From: Kiritimatiellia bacterium
GTDB lineage: Bacteria > Verrucomicrobiota > Kiritimatiellia > RFP12 > UBA1067
Length of the DNA stretch: 64,000 nucleotides
Direction: 5' to 3'
Assembly (NCBI GenBank): GCA_050949565.1
Contig: JBMNFY010000017.1
Coordinates: forward strand, 704,001-768,000
The position numbers and the translations under genes are program-made. The notes under the pieces were generated by a model that saw only the letters and a program-made list of their open reading frames with translations, was not told the origin of the DNA and did no database searches. Position 1 is the first letter of the stretch; the number at the start of each line of letters is the position of its first letter. This document shows, in pieces, positions 47,793 to 58,282 of this stretch.

Positions 47793-49163
47793 ATGATAAA
47801 AGGGATTATGAGAATCAGGATTGTCGCTTTAATGTTGTTGACGGCCGGACTGGCCGCAGCCGGTGTACTGGACAATGCGTGGTTGATGGGAGTGACGGAC
47901 AAGCATCCGCTTCTGTATAAGGTGGGTGAGGAAATCGTGTTTACCGTCACGCCCCGGAATCTGACGGGCGACATCCCTGCGGACACTTACTTGCTCAAGT
48001 GGGAACGCACGGGGGACGATGGCGTGAAGGACAACGGCCAAACCCCGCTCACTAAGGAGCCTTTTGTCTACAAGACGAAACTCGACAAGCCGGGGTTCGT
48101 GCGGCTCTATGCGGAGGTCGTCAACAAGGACGGCAAAAAATATCAAAAGGTCTTCACCGGCGATACGTCGACACCCGAAGGCCGGGAGGCGGCCAATCGC
48201 TTCGAACGCCAGAGCAAGTCAATCTTCTTTGACGGTGGCGCGGGCGCAGAAACCGGCACGCTTCAAGCGCTTCCGGAACCTGAAGATTTCGATGCCTTCT
48301 GGGACCGTCAGCGCGCACGGCTCGCGAAAATTCCCATGAAAGCGGAGCGCATCGAACTCCCCTGCGGCAACAAGGACGCGCGGCTCTACGCAATCACGAT
48401 TGATTGCGCGGGCGTGCGCCCGGTGACCGGCTATCTGACCATTCCGAAGGCTGTTGACAATGGCGCCAAGTTCCCGTGCCGCCTAACGACCCACGGATAT
48501 TCGTACAGAGCGCCGCACAATCCGCCCGGCGGTGCGCGAAGCGATGAAATCGTCCTCGACATCAACGCGCACGGCATGCGCCTGCCCGCGTTCGGCGGCG
48601 ACGAAGGCTATTACAAGGCGCTCGGTTCCGAGATCAAATCGAACGGGCAGGGTTACGCTTTTGATCCGGCCGAGAACAAGGATCCGGAAATGGCTTATTT
48701 CAACGGCATGGCCCTCCGCGTGATGCGGGCGCTCGAATACCTGAAGTCGTTGCCGGGGTGGAACGGAAAAGACCTCTTCGCGTCCGGCGGCAGCCAGGGC
48801 GGTTTGCAGACCATTTGGGCGGCCGGGCTGGACAAAGATGTAACGCTCGCGGAATCCTCCATCACGTGGTGCTGCGATCTCGGCGGCGAACGCCTCGGGC
48901 GCAACCGCGGCGGATGGTACATCAAGTGGTCCGACGGACTGGGATATTACGACGCGGTCAATGTCGCCAAGCGCATCCCGACGTCGTGCCGGACGATCAT
49001 CCCCCGGGCCGGACTCGGCGACTACGTCTGTCCGCCATCGGGTCTCGCGATCCTCTGGAACAACATCAAAGGCCCGAAAAAAATCATTTGGGTGCAAGGT
49101 TCGCAACACGGTTATGTACCGCCGGAGAAGTACGAAGGCCGCGACTTTGAGATGGAAAAGTAA
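47793..49163 (+). CDS. Secreted acetylxylan esterase (CE7/AXE1)
   Basis: PEDFDAFW, HGY, RALEYL, GGSQGG, GLGDYVCPPS. Confidence 0.85.
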   Translation: MIKGIMRIRIVALMLLTAGLAAAGVLDNAWLMGVTDKHPLLYKVGEEIVFTVTPRNLTGDIPADTYLLKWERTGDDGVKDNGQTPLTKEPFVYKTKLDKPGFVRLYAEVVNKDGKKYQKVFTGDTSTPEGREAANRFERQSKSIFFDGGAGAETGTLQALPEPEDFDAFWDRQRARLAKIPMKAERIELPCGNKDARLYAITIDCAGVRPVTGYLTIPKAVDNGAKFPCRLTTHGYSYRAPHNPPGGARSDEIVLDINAHGMRLPAFGGDEGYYKALGSEIKSNGQGYAFDPAENKDPEMAYFNGMALRVMRALEYLKSLPGWNGKDLFASGGSQGGLQTIWAAGLDKDVTLAESSITWCCDLGGERLGRNRGGWYIKWSDGLGYYDAVNVAKRIPTSCRTIIPRAGLGDYVCPPSGLAILWNNIKGPKKIIWVQGSQHGYVPPEKYEGRDFEMEK

Positions 49164-49196
49164 ACCGGAAAACGAAGGGTCGAAAGGAGTGACCGT

Positions 49197-50440
49197 ATGA
49201 AGGAAACATCGCGACGGACATTTCTGAGGGGGGCGGCGGGCATAGCGGCCTTTTCCATCGTACCGCGCGTCACGTGCTGGGCGGGCCCGGTTTTGTGGCC
49301 CCCAGCGAGCGCGTTGCGGTCGCGATCATCGGTGCGGGCGGCATGGGGACGAGCAACGCCAAAAGCCTGTTGGCTGAACCGGAGGCCCAGATCGTCGCGG
49401 TCTGCGACGTGGCCGAACGGACCGACCTGAAGGCGTTCTGGTACCGGTATGAGGCCGGGCGCAAGCCGGTGAAGGCACTGGTCGAAGCACACTACGGAAA
49501 GGCTTCCCCGAATTACCGGTGCGCCGATTACGAAGACTTTCGGGTCATGCTTGAAAAAGAAAAGGGCATCGACGCGATCCTATGCGCGACGCCCGATCAC
49601 TTGCATGCGTTTGTTTCGACCGTGGCGATGCGGATGGGCAAGCATGTGTACTGCGAGAAGCCGCTCGGCCACAGCGTCTGGGAAGTGCGGCAGATGGCGC
49701 GGGTGGCGAAAGAAACGGGCGTTGCCACACAGATGGGCAACCACGGCCACTCGGGCGCGGGCATCCGCATGACGTGTGAATGGATCTGGGACGGCGCTAT
49801 CGGGCCGGTTCGCGAGGTGCATGCGTGGAGCGACGCCGGGCGCTGGGATTGGTTGCGGAAGTCGCCCGGGCGTCCGGTCGAGACACCGCCCGTGCCTGCA
49901 GGGTTCAATTGGGATCTTTGGCTCGGGCCGTTCCGCTACGGTCCGGCCTACCCCTTCAACGCGATGGAGCCCGACTTGAAGGCCTCGGAACTGCCGCTCC
50001 CGCCGATGTATCTGACCCTGAATTATCGGCGCAGTGCGGCAAAGAACGAGTCGCTCACGCTGCAGATCGAACTGCTGGAACCCATGGCGGAGTCCTTTAT
50101 GAGCGGCGGCGATGCGTTTCTTGCGCTGGCGGCGGCAGAGACGGACGCGACCCGGCGGGACAACGCCCGCCGTCTCGGCTGGCACGGCCAGTACATGGCG
50201 CGCTGCTGTCTCACGGCACGCAACGTCAAGGCCGCCGTGATCGCTGAACGTGCGAAAGACCGCGCGAAGGTGGTGGAGATCGCCCGTGCCGAATACGAAA
50301 ACGCAAAAGCTGCGCTCAAGCTTCTGCATGCCGATTCGCGTCTCGGCTGGGAGCCCACGATGCTCTACCGTGGCGGCCCCGACATGGTCGAATGGAAGCT
50401 CCGCTACATGGAGCAACACTATGCAGTAGGTAATAGGTAG
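49197..50440 (+). pseudogene. Tat-exported Gfo/Idh/MocA oxidoreductase, frameshifted (about 49268) and fused at about 49930 to an unrelated C-terminus
   Basis: SRRTFL Tat motif; IGAGGMG, ATPDHLH, HVYCEKP, WDLWLGP, then an unrelated segment ..DSRLGWEPTMLY. Confidence 0.7.
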
Positions 50441-50810
50441 TAGGCAATGGGCAGTAAGCAGTAGGCAGTGGGCAGTGGGACAGGTATTTAGACGATCTGG
50501 GCGGTGTGGCACGGGCATCTTGCCCGTGTGGCGGCGTGAAACGCCGCCCGGACGAGCGACGCTCGTCCCTCCCGGTGCTCTGCGAGGGAACCTGAAACCA
50601 TCCTTCCGCGCAGCGGAAGGCGGCTCGTGGGGACACTCGCCCTCCAACCTTCGCGTCTTCGCGCCTTCGCGTGAAACAACCGAGCAGTGCTTTTACTCGC
50701 GACCCGCGACTTGCGACCTGCGGCCAGCCTCCCCAAAAAACCTCTGCGTCTCTGCGCCTCTGCGTTAAATGAACTCATGCACTAACACAATGACAGTTAA
50801 GAACTCCAAA

Positions 50811-51669
50811 ATGAGTTATAGCGACGAGCCGAACTACCGGGCCTTCAATTTGGCCAAGATCGGCATCGCCGACATTCCTGTCCTCTATTTCATCCGCCAT
50901 ACAAAACGTCTTGCGCCGATCGAACCGCACTACCACAAGGGGTGTTTCGAGATCGGCCTTTGCCTGCGCGGCTCATTACAACGGAGAGCGGCACACGCTG
51001 TTGGCGGACGATCTGTTTTTCAACCGTCCCGAAGATGCGCACCGGCTACTGGATTATCCTAAGGGCACGGTGCTCTACGGCATGTTGATCCGCACGGAAG
51101 GTTCGAAGCGCACGTTGCTGCGTTTCACGCAGGCCGAAAGCGCAGAGGTCCGCAAACGGTTATACGCGCTGCCCGCCCATCTCGTCGCGAACACCGCGCT
51201 GGCCAAACGCGAGTTTGCGGAACTCTTCCACGCCTACGACTCGCTGCAAGGACGTTACCGCACGCTCTGCATGACGGCCATCATCATGCGGCTGATCACC
51301 GGCCTGCTAGAGATTTCGCGGCACGGGCCTCCGGCCTCATACTCCGACCGGATCGGTGCAATCATCGAAACCCTGCGCCGCGCACCTGAAAAGCAGTATG
51401 ATATCGACACGCTGGCGCGCCAGGCCGCGCTCTCGCCTTCGCATTTCATCAATCCGTTCAAAGCAGTGACCGGGCTACCGCCCTACCACTTTCTGCTGAC
51501 CTGCCGGATTGAAGAGGCCAAGCGTCGGCTACGTGTGAAGGGGCTTTCGGTCACGCGCATCGCACAGGATCTGGGCTTCTGTTCCTCCCAGCACTTCTCC
51601 TCCCATTTCAAACGTGCAACCGGCATGACGCCGCTCGCTTGGCGTAAAAATTCTCACTCGTCCCGATAG
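50811..51669 (+). pseudogene. AraC-family regulator, frameshifted at about 50975
   Basis: Cupin PHYHKGCFEI in one frame; HTH LARQAALSPSHF..IAQDLGFCSSQHFSSHFKRATGMTP in another. Confidence 0.8.
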
Positions 51670-53129
51670 GGCTTGTTTTGCTTGAACAGGTTGAGGCGGT
51701 TTTGCAACGCCGATGCCTTCGCGGATTCATCGGCCTTGGAGAAGAGTTCGATGGCGCGATTGGTGCAGTCGATCGCGCGGCGGAATGCGCCGCGCTCGGC
51801 ATGGGCTACGCCCAGTACAGCTAGAGCGTGAGGGTCCCGGTCGCGCAACAGACTACTCGCACGCTCGGCCAACTTGACAGCCTCACGTCCATCACGTAGT
51901 TCAGCGTAGGGCGATGCCCCCATGATCCAAGCTACGGCACAGAGTGCCTCAGTGTCTTGGGGATTGACGGCCAGTGCGTCTTGCGCCGTTTGCAACACGG
52001 TGCGTGCGCGCTCCACCTGAGCACTGCGCAGGGCCTGCTCGGCTTCGTTTTTGAAGTCCAGACTCAATCCGGCCAACCGGAACTTGGTCTCGATGTCAAC
52101 TTTGTCGATCGCCTTGATGTAGGCGTCTTCGGCGGAGATGATGCCTTTTACAGCCTGTCGTGTCAGTTCGTCGCCGAAGGTCTGCATGCCCTCTTTACGT
52201 CCGGTCTGCATGAGCGACGGGATCATGTGGGTCTTGGCTTCACGGATCAGGGCGGCAACGGCAGTGTTGACAACCAGTACCTCGAAGGTCGCGATACGTC
52301 CGCCCTCGATCTTTTTGCAGAGCGTCTGCGCGACCACGCCTTGGAGCGTGTCGGCCAGCATCGAACGAATCTGATTCTGACGCCCCTCCGGAAACTTGTC
52401 GATCATGCGCTCAACGGCGGTTACCGCGTTGTTGGTGTGGAGCGTGGTGAAGACCAAGTGACCGGTCTCAGCCGTCTCGATGGCGATTTCCATGGTTTCC
52501 AGATCGCGCATTTCGCCAACTAGCACGATGTCGGGATCTTCACGCAACGCCGCGCGCAGCGCGCGTGCAAAGCTCTCGGTGTTGCGGTGTACCTCGCGCT
52601 GGTTGATGACGCATTTTTTGGGTGTGTGTACGAACTCAATCGGGTCTTCGATGGTGATGATATGTTCGTTACGGTTCTGGTTAATGTAGTCGATCATCGC
52701 CGCAAGCGTGGTTGACTTGCCGCTGCCGGTGGGTCCCGTGATGATCACCAGCCCCTTGGAGAGCATGCAGAAGGTGCGCATCACCTCGGGCAGGTTGAGT
52801 TCCTCAAAGGTGGGGATCACCTCCGGGATGACGCGCAGCACCGTGCAATAGCCATTCATGTCGCGGTAACCGTTGACACGAAAGCGCGCCACCCCTTTGA
52901 TCTCATACGCGCAATCGGTATCGTACTCGGTCGTAAGTTGCTCAATATTGGCCGCCGGCATGATCTCTTTGAGATAATCCAGAACATCCTCGCTGGTGAA
53001 GACCGGCTCTCCGGGCACGGGAGAAAGCGCGCCGTGGATGCGGCGGAAGGGGGGGCGACCCGCACTGAGATGCAGGTCACTCCCCGATTCGTTCACGAGC
53101 GAAATGAGCAGTCGGTCAATACGCGCCAT
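51654..53129 (-). CDS. pilT: Type IV pilus retraction ATPase PilT with C-terminal TPR-like extension
   Basis: SDLHL, GPTGSGKSTT, TIEDPIEF, LREDPDIVLVGEMRD, AETGHLVFTTLHT, ALIRE, GMQT. Confidence 0.92.
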   Translation of the reverse strand: MARIDRLLISLVNESGSDLHLSAGRPPFRRIHGALSPVPGEPVFTSEDVLDYLKEIMPAANIEQLTTEYDTDCAYEIKGVARFRVNGYRDMNGYCTVLRVIPEVIPTFEELNLPEVMRTFCMLSKGLVIITGPTGSGKSTTLAAMIDYINQNRNEHIITIEDPIEFVHTPKKCVINQREVHRNTESFARALRAALREDPDIVLVGEMRDLETMEIAIETAETGHLVFTTLHTNNAVTAVERMIDKFPEGRQNQIRSMLADTLQGVVAQTLCKKIEGGRIATFEVLVVNTAVAALIREAKTHMIPSLMQTGRKEGMQTFGDELTRQAVKGIISAEDAYIKAIDKVDIETKFRLAGLSLDFKNEAEQALRSAQVERARTVLQTAQDALAVNPQDTEALCAVAWIMGASPYAELRDGREAVKLAERASSLLRDRDPHALAVLGVAHAERGAFRRAIDCTNRAIELFSKADESAKASALQNRLNLFKQNKPYRDE

Positions 53130-53191
53130 GGGCGATGCCTCTTCGGATTGGAACGGGCGTCCCCGCCCGCTTTTTTGAGCGTTGAACGTTT

Positions 53192-53360
53192 TTTAACGCA
53201 GAGGCGCAGGGACGCAGAGGTTTCATGGTTTCGGGTTTCATGGTTTCGGGTCTCATGGTTTCGGGTTTCATGGTTTCGGGTCTCATGGTTTGATCCACAG
53301 ATTACACAGATGACGCAGATTTTTTGCCAAGTTATGAAACCTGAAGCCCATGAAACCAAA
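53192..53360. repeat. Composite periodic-repeat cluster between pilQ and pilT
   Basis: TTTAACGCAGAGGCGCAGGGACGCAGAG, about 4.5 x 15-mer GTTTCATGGTTTCGG, and CACAGATTACACAGATGACGCAGAT. Confidence 0.85.
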
Positions 53361-53397
53361 AACCTATTACCTGTTACCTCGCTTGCCAGTACTCCCG

Positions 53398-55239
53398 TTA
53401 GTTGTCCTTGAGCAGCGGCACGACCGGCGTTTCAGCCGGTTTTGCCGCAGCCGCAGCCTCGGCTTCGCTGGTCAACTGCTCGGCAGGCGTCACCGCGACA
53501 GGACGCAGGTCCTCTTCCTCCGCCACAGGCTTGGCGGGCTTCTTGGGATCGCTAATGCTGAGAACTTCTTCCTTGGTGCGGTCGCCGGGCTCCTTGAGAT
53601 CACCGGTAAAGAGGTCGCGTCCCAGAATCGCGTTCTTGGGCATGCCAATATCCTCGGGCAGGGTGCCCGGGTCAGCGATGCCGACCGTGACAAAGATGAT
53701 GATCTCCTTCTGCTGCTTCTGGCGGCTCTTCCAGCCGAAGACGCGCGGACCGATCCACGGCAGTTTACGCAGGAAGGGAATACCGGAATCGATGTTCCCC
53801 TCCGTAGTACGGGTCAGACCGCCGATCACAGCGGTAGCACCGTCCTGCATGGTGAAGACAGTCTGCATGCGCTGCATGTCAATGATCGGAAACTGCGGGG
53901 TTGGTGTGTCTGCGCCCACGCCACCAAACTGGTAGAATTCGCCGTACTCTGTACTCAGGGCGCTAATGGAGGGCTCCACCACCATCGTAATCAGCCCGGC
54001 CGGACTGACGCGCGGCGTGACCTTGACACTGATGCCCCAACTGAAGAAGGCCTCACCCGCGAAAAGGCCACGGCCCTTGCCGTCACGGTCGCCTTTGTCA
54101 CCGGGAATAACCTCCAGGCGCGCAGAGATGTCGAGTTGATCGTTCTGGACACCAGTTCGCGATGTCGTCATCGACACGTTCGGCAACTTGGTGGTCATAT
54201 CAACGACCGCTTCTTTCTCGTTGGCAACGATGATCTTGGGATTGGAGAAGATCGAGACGCCGTCGATTTGCTCGAAGGCACTCATGGCCAACCGGAAGCC
54301 ATCAACCGAGAGCTGCCCGCTGGCACCGCGCGCCCGCTTCCAACTCATGTCCTCTGCACTCCGGCCGGCGCCTTTGGTCAGGCCGTCAGTGGTCATGGAG
54401 GCGGCCGGAATTTTTCCGGGCGTAACAAGGACATCAACGCTCTCTTTGCCAGCCACGCCGTCGCGGACATCGGTCGTCCCCGTTCTGTAGGCAGCAAGCT
54501 TACCGTCGTTGCGTTCCATGCCGGCATTGATGTCGTGCAGGTTGACGCCCCACTCCTTGAGCTGATCCCACTTCATGCCGAGTTGCCGACTGGCGGCGGC
54601 GGTCAGTTCAACAAAACGGACCTCAATGTAGACTTGCGGCGTCGGCTTGTCGATGGCTTCGATCATAGCCTCGCACTCGAAGATCTGCTTCTCGGTTGCG
54701 GTGACGATGATCACGTTGCCGGCATTGTAGGAGACGGCGGAGACCAGCGGCTTGCCCGTTGCATCCCGACCGAACGCGCTAACGACAAGATTGGTGATCT
54801 CATCGGCGCGGGCATGTTTGAGGTCGAACGTCTTGGTGATCTTGGGGATCACATCGGTCTTAGCCCTTACAATGTAAATACCCGATCCGGCGGGCTCTTC
54901 GGCAAGCTGCAGGCCCTGCGGCTCCAAAATGGAGGTCAGCCCTTTGCGCCACGGCACATTATCGAGGCGCACGCTAATTCTGGCCTGCAGGTTAGAGTCG
55001 CCGCCGGAGATGATGTTAGCACCGGTGGCATCGCGGAAGGCTTTGACCACATCGGCGATTGGTGTTTCATCGAATGACATTGAGACCAGCGGCTCGGTGT
55101 CAGAAGCGTCCGTCACGCGCACCCCCTGCTCGGCAGGCGGTGCAGCGGCGGGCGTCTGAGCGGCGGCTGGTTCTTGAGCGATCGCCGCATGCATAGCAAC
55201 GGCGAGCGATGCGATACAGACTAGGTTTAATTTCTTCAT
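53398..55239 (-). CDS. pilQ: Secretin PilQ/GspD
   Basis: Signal peptide; N-domains; IDKPTPQVYIEVRFVE, SNPKI, VTPRV, DGATAVIGGL, GIPFLRKLPWIG. Confidence 0.88.
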   Translation of the reverse strand: MKKLNLVCIASLAVAMHAAIAQEPAAAQTPAAAPPAEQGVRVTDASDTEPLVSMSFDETPIADVVKAFRDATGANIISGGDSNLQARISVRLDNVPWRKGLTSILEPQGLQLAEEPAGSGIYIVRAKTDVIPKITKTFDLKHARADEITNLVVSAFGRDATGKPLVSAVSYNAGNVIIVTATEKQIFECEAMIEAIDKPTPQVYIEVRFVELTAAASRQLGMKWDQLKEWGVNLHDINAGMERNDGKLAAYRTGTTDVRDGVAGKESVDVLVTPGKIPAASMTTDGLTKGAGRSAEDMSWKRARGASGQLSVDGFRLAMSAFEQIDGVSIFSNPKIIVANEKEAVVDMTTKLPNVSMTTSRTGVQNDQLDISARLEVIPGDKGDRDGKGRGLFAGEAFFSWGISVKVTPRVSPAGLITMVVEPSISALSTEYGEFYQFGGVGADTPTPQFPIIDMQRMQTVFTMQDGATAVIGGLTRTTEGNIDSGIPFLRKLPWIGPRVFGWKSRQKQQKEIIIFVTVGIADPGTLPEDIGMPKNAILGRDLFTGDLKEPGDRTKEEVLSISDPKKPAKPVAEEEDLRPVAVTPAEQLTSEAEAAAAAKPAETPVVPLLKDN

Positions 55240-55265
55240 TTGGATACTCCTGTTTCGTTGTGTGT

Positions 55266-56000
55266 TTATTGAGCAGGGAGAGGGTTTGGGAGCAGGCGGG
55301 TGGCGCTCACCGGCTTCAGTTTCAGTGTGAGGTCGGCGAGCGACTCGATACTCCAGATAAAATGGATGTTGTCGTTGGTGACCGTCAGGGTGTCGCCAAC
55401 CGTATAGCTGACACGGTTGATCATGGCCAACGTACGAGTCTCACCGCTGACTGGGTTTTTGGATTGGGTAAATCCGCTGACCGTAAACAAATCACGAGCG
55501 GCCTTCCAGTCGTCTTCGGTGATCGGCGGAGGAGGCGGCGGTTTTGGCTTTTCCTGAGCCGGCGGTTTTTCGGGCAGCGCCGGCGCGGGCTGCTCCACCA
55601 CTTCCGGCTCGGGCTTGGGCGGCTCATAGCCGATAGGCCAGAACGGATCGCGCACGGCGTACGCGCAAGTGGCGGCAAGCAGGAGGGGGAGCGACCATTT
55701 TACCGCAGAGACGCAGAGGGTTGGTTTCGGGTTTCTGGTTTCGGGTTTCATCCACAGATGACACAGATGACGCAGATGGTTGAGGGTTGAGCGTTTTTTA
55801 ACGCAGAGACGCAGAGACGCAGAGATTTTCCACAGCGGAGCGGCGTGTCCGCCGCTGCGCTGTGAACGTGTACGGCATCCGGGCTCGCGGAGCACCGGGA
55901 GGGGCAAGCGTCTGCTTGCCCGCGGACGAGCAGACGCTCGTCCCTCCCCTCCTGCGTCGCCTACACTGGCACGAACACGTCGCTCACACTTCATGTTCAT
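55266..56000 (-). CDS. PilP-like protein with repeat-derived N-terminal extension (alternative start 55751)
   Basis: RDPFWPIGY, Pro-rich linker, LAMINRVSYTVGD; position between pilO and pilQ; ATGA overlap with pilO stop. Confidence 0.65.
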   Translation of the reverse strand: MNMKCERRVRASVGDAGGEGRASARPRASRRLPLPVLREPGCRTRSQRSGGHAAPLWKISASLRLCVKKRSTLNHLRHLCHLWMKPETRNPKPTLCVSAVKWSLPLLLAATCAYAVRDPFWPIGYEPPKPEPEVVEQPAPALPEKPPAQEKPKPPPPPPITEDDWKAARDLFTVSGFTQSKNPVSGETRTLAMINRVSYTVGDTLTVTNDNIHFIWSIESLADLTLKLKPVSATRLLPNPLPAQ

Positions 56001-56605
56001 TTGCGTTTCTCCCCTTTGACGGGCCACTCAAACGTGATGGTGGCTTTGTGGCGCTCCGGTGTCGACATCTGGTGCTCGATCCTGAGCCCGGACACAACAG
56101 CAAGCGGAAACGCCCGCTCGGCGGCCTGTACAAAAGCCACAATCTGCGTGTAAGCGCCGTAACCGGTGAACTCAACCAGTTGACGGGCGTAGAGCTGCTG
56201 CGGTGGCGGCTTCGGGACTTGCAACGGGATCAAACGCTCCTCCTTGACGTTGGCGATCGTGAAACCGGTCTCCTTGGCCAGCGGGTCCATCAGCGACTTG
56301 CCGCGCATGGCGAACGAGCCGAGCAACGGCTCAATCACGCCCTCGTCGAGTATGTCCTTGAGCGTGGCCTCCGCAACCTCGGTGGCCGTCCGCTGCTTCT
56401 GGGTACCGGTGATATCTGCCTTCATGGACACATGCTTGGCGTTCAGTTGCGCGACCTCGGCAGTCAGCGTTTTAATCCGTTCGCGGGCGGGCTTGATTCC
56501 GAAGACGACGACCGCCAGCCCGATGATCAGGGCGGCACCAACAACCCCCAACGCCATACGAACCGGCGGGGAGAGCTTATTGAGCGCGAAGGGGGCGTCT
56601 TTCAT
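55997..56605 (-). CDS. pilO: PilO-like protein
   Basis: TM + coiled coil; GAYTQIVAFVQAAE motif; operon position. Confidence 0.7.
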   Translation of the reverse strand: MKDAPFALNKLSPPVRMALGVVGAALIIGLAVVVFGIKPARERIKTLTAEVAQLNAKHVSMKADITGTQKQRTATEVAEATLKDILDEGVIEPLLGSFAMRGKSLMDPLAKETGFTIANVKEERLIPLQVPKPPPQQLYARQLVEFTGYGAYTQIVAFVQAAERAFPLAVVSGLRIEHQMSTPERHKATITFEWPVKGEKRK

Positions 56606-57267
56606 TCGAACCTCCTTTCGCCGCAGTCGCATGAGATTTCAAAAAGGATATTCTCGCGTGCGGCGGGACCGCGCGCGATGTCTTGACGAAACGCGCCTTT
56701 AGGGATTTCAGCCTTACGGACCAGATTGGTAAAGGCCGGCTTGCGCAGGGCTTCGAGCAGAGACCGAATGGCCTCACTGGAGGTGCCACTACTGGCGCGG
56801 CCCACGATGCGCAGAGAGACGGCCTCTGTCAGGTTGGTGGGGCCCAACGGCTTGACTTTAAGGGCGGGGTCCGGAGGGGGCTGCAGCGGCGGCGGGGGCA
56901 CGCGCAGCTCGGTGAACTGGATTGACGCCGGAACATGCTGCGGCAGGTGTCCGAGCACGTCGCCGAAGCGGATACGCGCAGTGCGATAGAAGCCAAGCTG
57001 ACTGACTGCCGCGCGCGCCTCTTTCTCACGAGCACGCAACGCCAAAACCTGATCATGCGCTGGCTTGAGTTCTGCGCAATGCGTCTCCAGAAGCGTCTTT
57101 TCGTTGGTGACGTTGCCAACTCTCGCGATGAGCAGCAGCCACCAGACACCGAGACCCACGACAGCCAAAACCGCAAGCAACGGTATCATAACACGCGCCC
57201 GGACCGGACTGGAGCCGAAGCGCTCATCGTCCTGCAAAAGGTTTAAGTGGAGGGATGCGTCGTTCAT
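56602..57267 (-). CDS. pilN: PilN-like protein
   Basis: LNLL N-terminal motif, TM, coiled coil, VPASIQFTEL, LRIVGRA. Confidence 0.75.
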   Translation of the reverse strand: MNDASLHLNLLQDDERFGSSPVRARVMIPLLAVLAVVGLGVWWLLLIARVGNVTNEKTLLETHCAELKPAHDQVLALRAREKEARAAVSQLGFYRTARIRFGDVLGHLPQHVPASIQFTELRVPPPPLQPPPDPALKVKPLGPTNLTEAVSLRIVGRASSGTSSEAIRSLLEALRKPAFTNLVRKAEIPKGAFRQDIARGPAARENILFEISCDCGERRFE

Positions 57268-58238
57268 ACGTCCTCCAATACAGTGCGAGCCGCCCCCAAC
57301 GCCGTCATCAGCAACGGAGCGCGCTTTTCCACGTCCTCAGGCAACCGGGTGGCCTGTCCGGTCCGTCTGATCCCGTCGAACGGCGAGCAGAATGTCATGG
57401 TTTGGTTCATCACGCGCTTGAACAACGTCGCCCAATGCGCACCACCGACCGTCAAACCGTTGACGAAGAAGTGCTCGACCTGGCATTTGCAACGGCGCAG
57501 CAGATAGTCCGCAGAGATCTCAATCTGGCGGTAGAGCGGGCGCAGGATCGGCTCGATAACCGGTACGGGATCAATCAGCGTATCCTCCAGCACCGAATCA
57601 ACCAGTTCGGGCTCGATGCCCAACTGGCTGCTGATAGCATCGCGCAGATGACCCATGCCCACCGCGTGCTCGCGGTAGAAGACCAGCTTACTATCTTGGA
57701 AGGCGGCCAGCGATGTCGACTCCGCGAACACGAACAACGCGACTGCATGACCCCCGGCCTGCGCCAGCGCGGAAGATGCCGCGAACCCGCCCATCGCCGC
57801 AGCAGCGGCGACCTGAAGCGAGCAGGCCGTCGGACGGTGCCCTTCAGGCAGAAGACGCGCCGCCCACGCCGCCTGAAACTCAGGCAGACTGGCCACCAGC
57901 GGCGGCGTCTCCGGAGCAGTCTGGCGGGATACACTCCGCAAAGACCCGGCGCGGTCCGCCGTCTCGCCGTGGCCACCGGCCGTATGGCGTAGGCTGGCGT
58001 GCGGCGAGCGTATGGCCAAGGCCGCGTGCGGCGCCCTGAAAGGAGCGGGCAACCGCCACGTCTGCGCCTCGCTCGCTCCCGACAACATCGGCAACGCACC
58101 CGGCAGGTCAAGAAAGCCTGCCGCCACCATCTCGACCTGCCCCTTGCTTTTACGCAACCGAACAGCCGGCACACCTTCGCTCAAATCAGCCCCCACTTCA
58201 AGGCCCGTGACATCAGAACAGGCCTTAAATGGCTTCAT
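57264..58238 (-). CDS. pilM: Divergent PilM-like actin-fold protein
   Basis: VTGLEVG, FYREHAVG, QIEISADY, CSPFDGI, ALGAA; first gene of the MNOPQ operon. Confidence 0.65.
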   Translation of the reverse strand: MKPFKACSDVTGLEVGADLSEGVPAVRLRKSKGQVEMVAAGFLDLPGALPMLSGASEAQTWRLPAPFRAPHAALAIRSPHASLRHTAGGHGETADRAGSLRSVSRQTAPETPPLVASLPEFQAAWAARLLPEGHRPTACSLQVAAAAAMGGFAASSALAQAGGHAVALFVFAESTSLAAFQDSKLVFYREHAVGMGHLRDAISSQLGIEPELVDSVLEDTLIDPVPVIEPILRPLYRQIEISADYLLRRCKCQVEHFFVNGLTVGGAHWATLFKRVMNQTMTFCSPFDGIRRTGQATRLPEDVEKRAPLLMTALGAARTVLEDV

Positions 58239-58282
58239 GAACGAATCTGAAAGAGAAACTCGCGGCATGGTATCCCACGGGA

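Noticed and set aside
53350-55077. Long antisense ORFs (for example 575 aa opposite pilQ, 484 aa at 33008, 395 aa at 22534)
   Set aside because: Shadow ORFs from high-GC codon bias opposite well-supported genes
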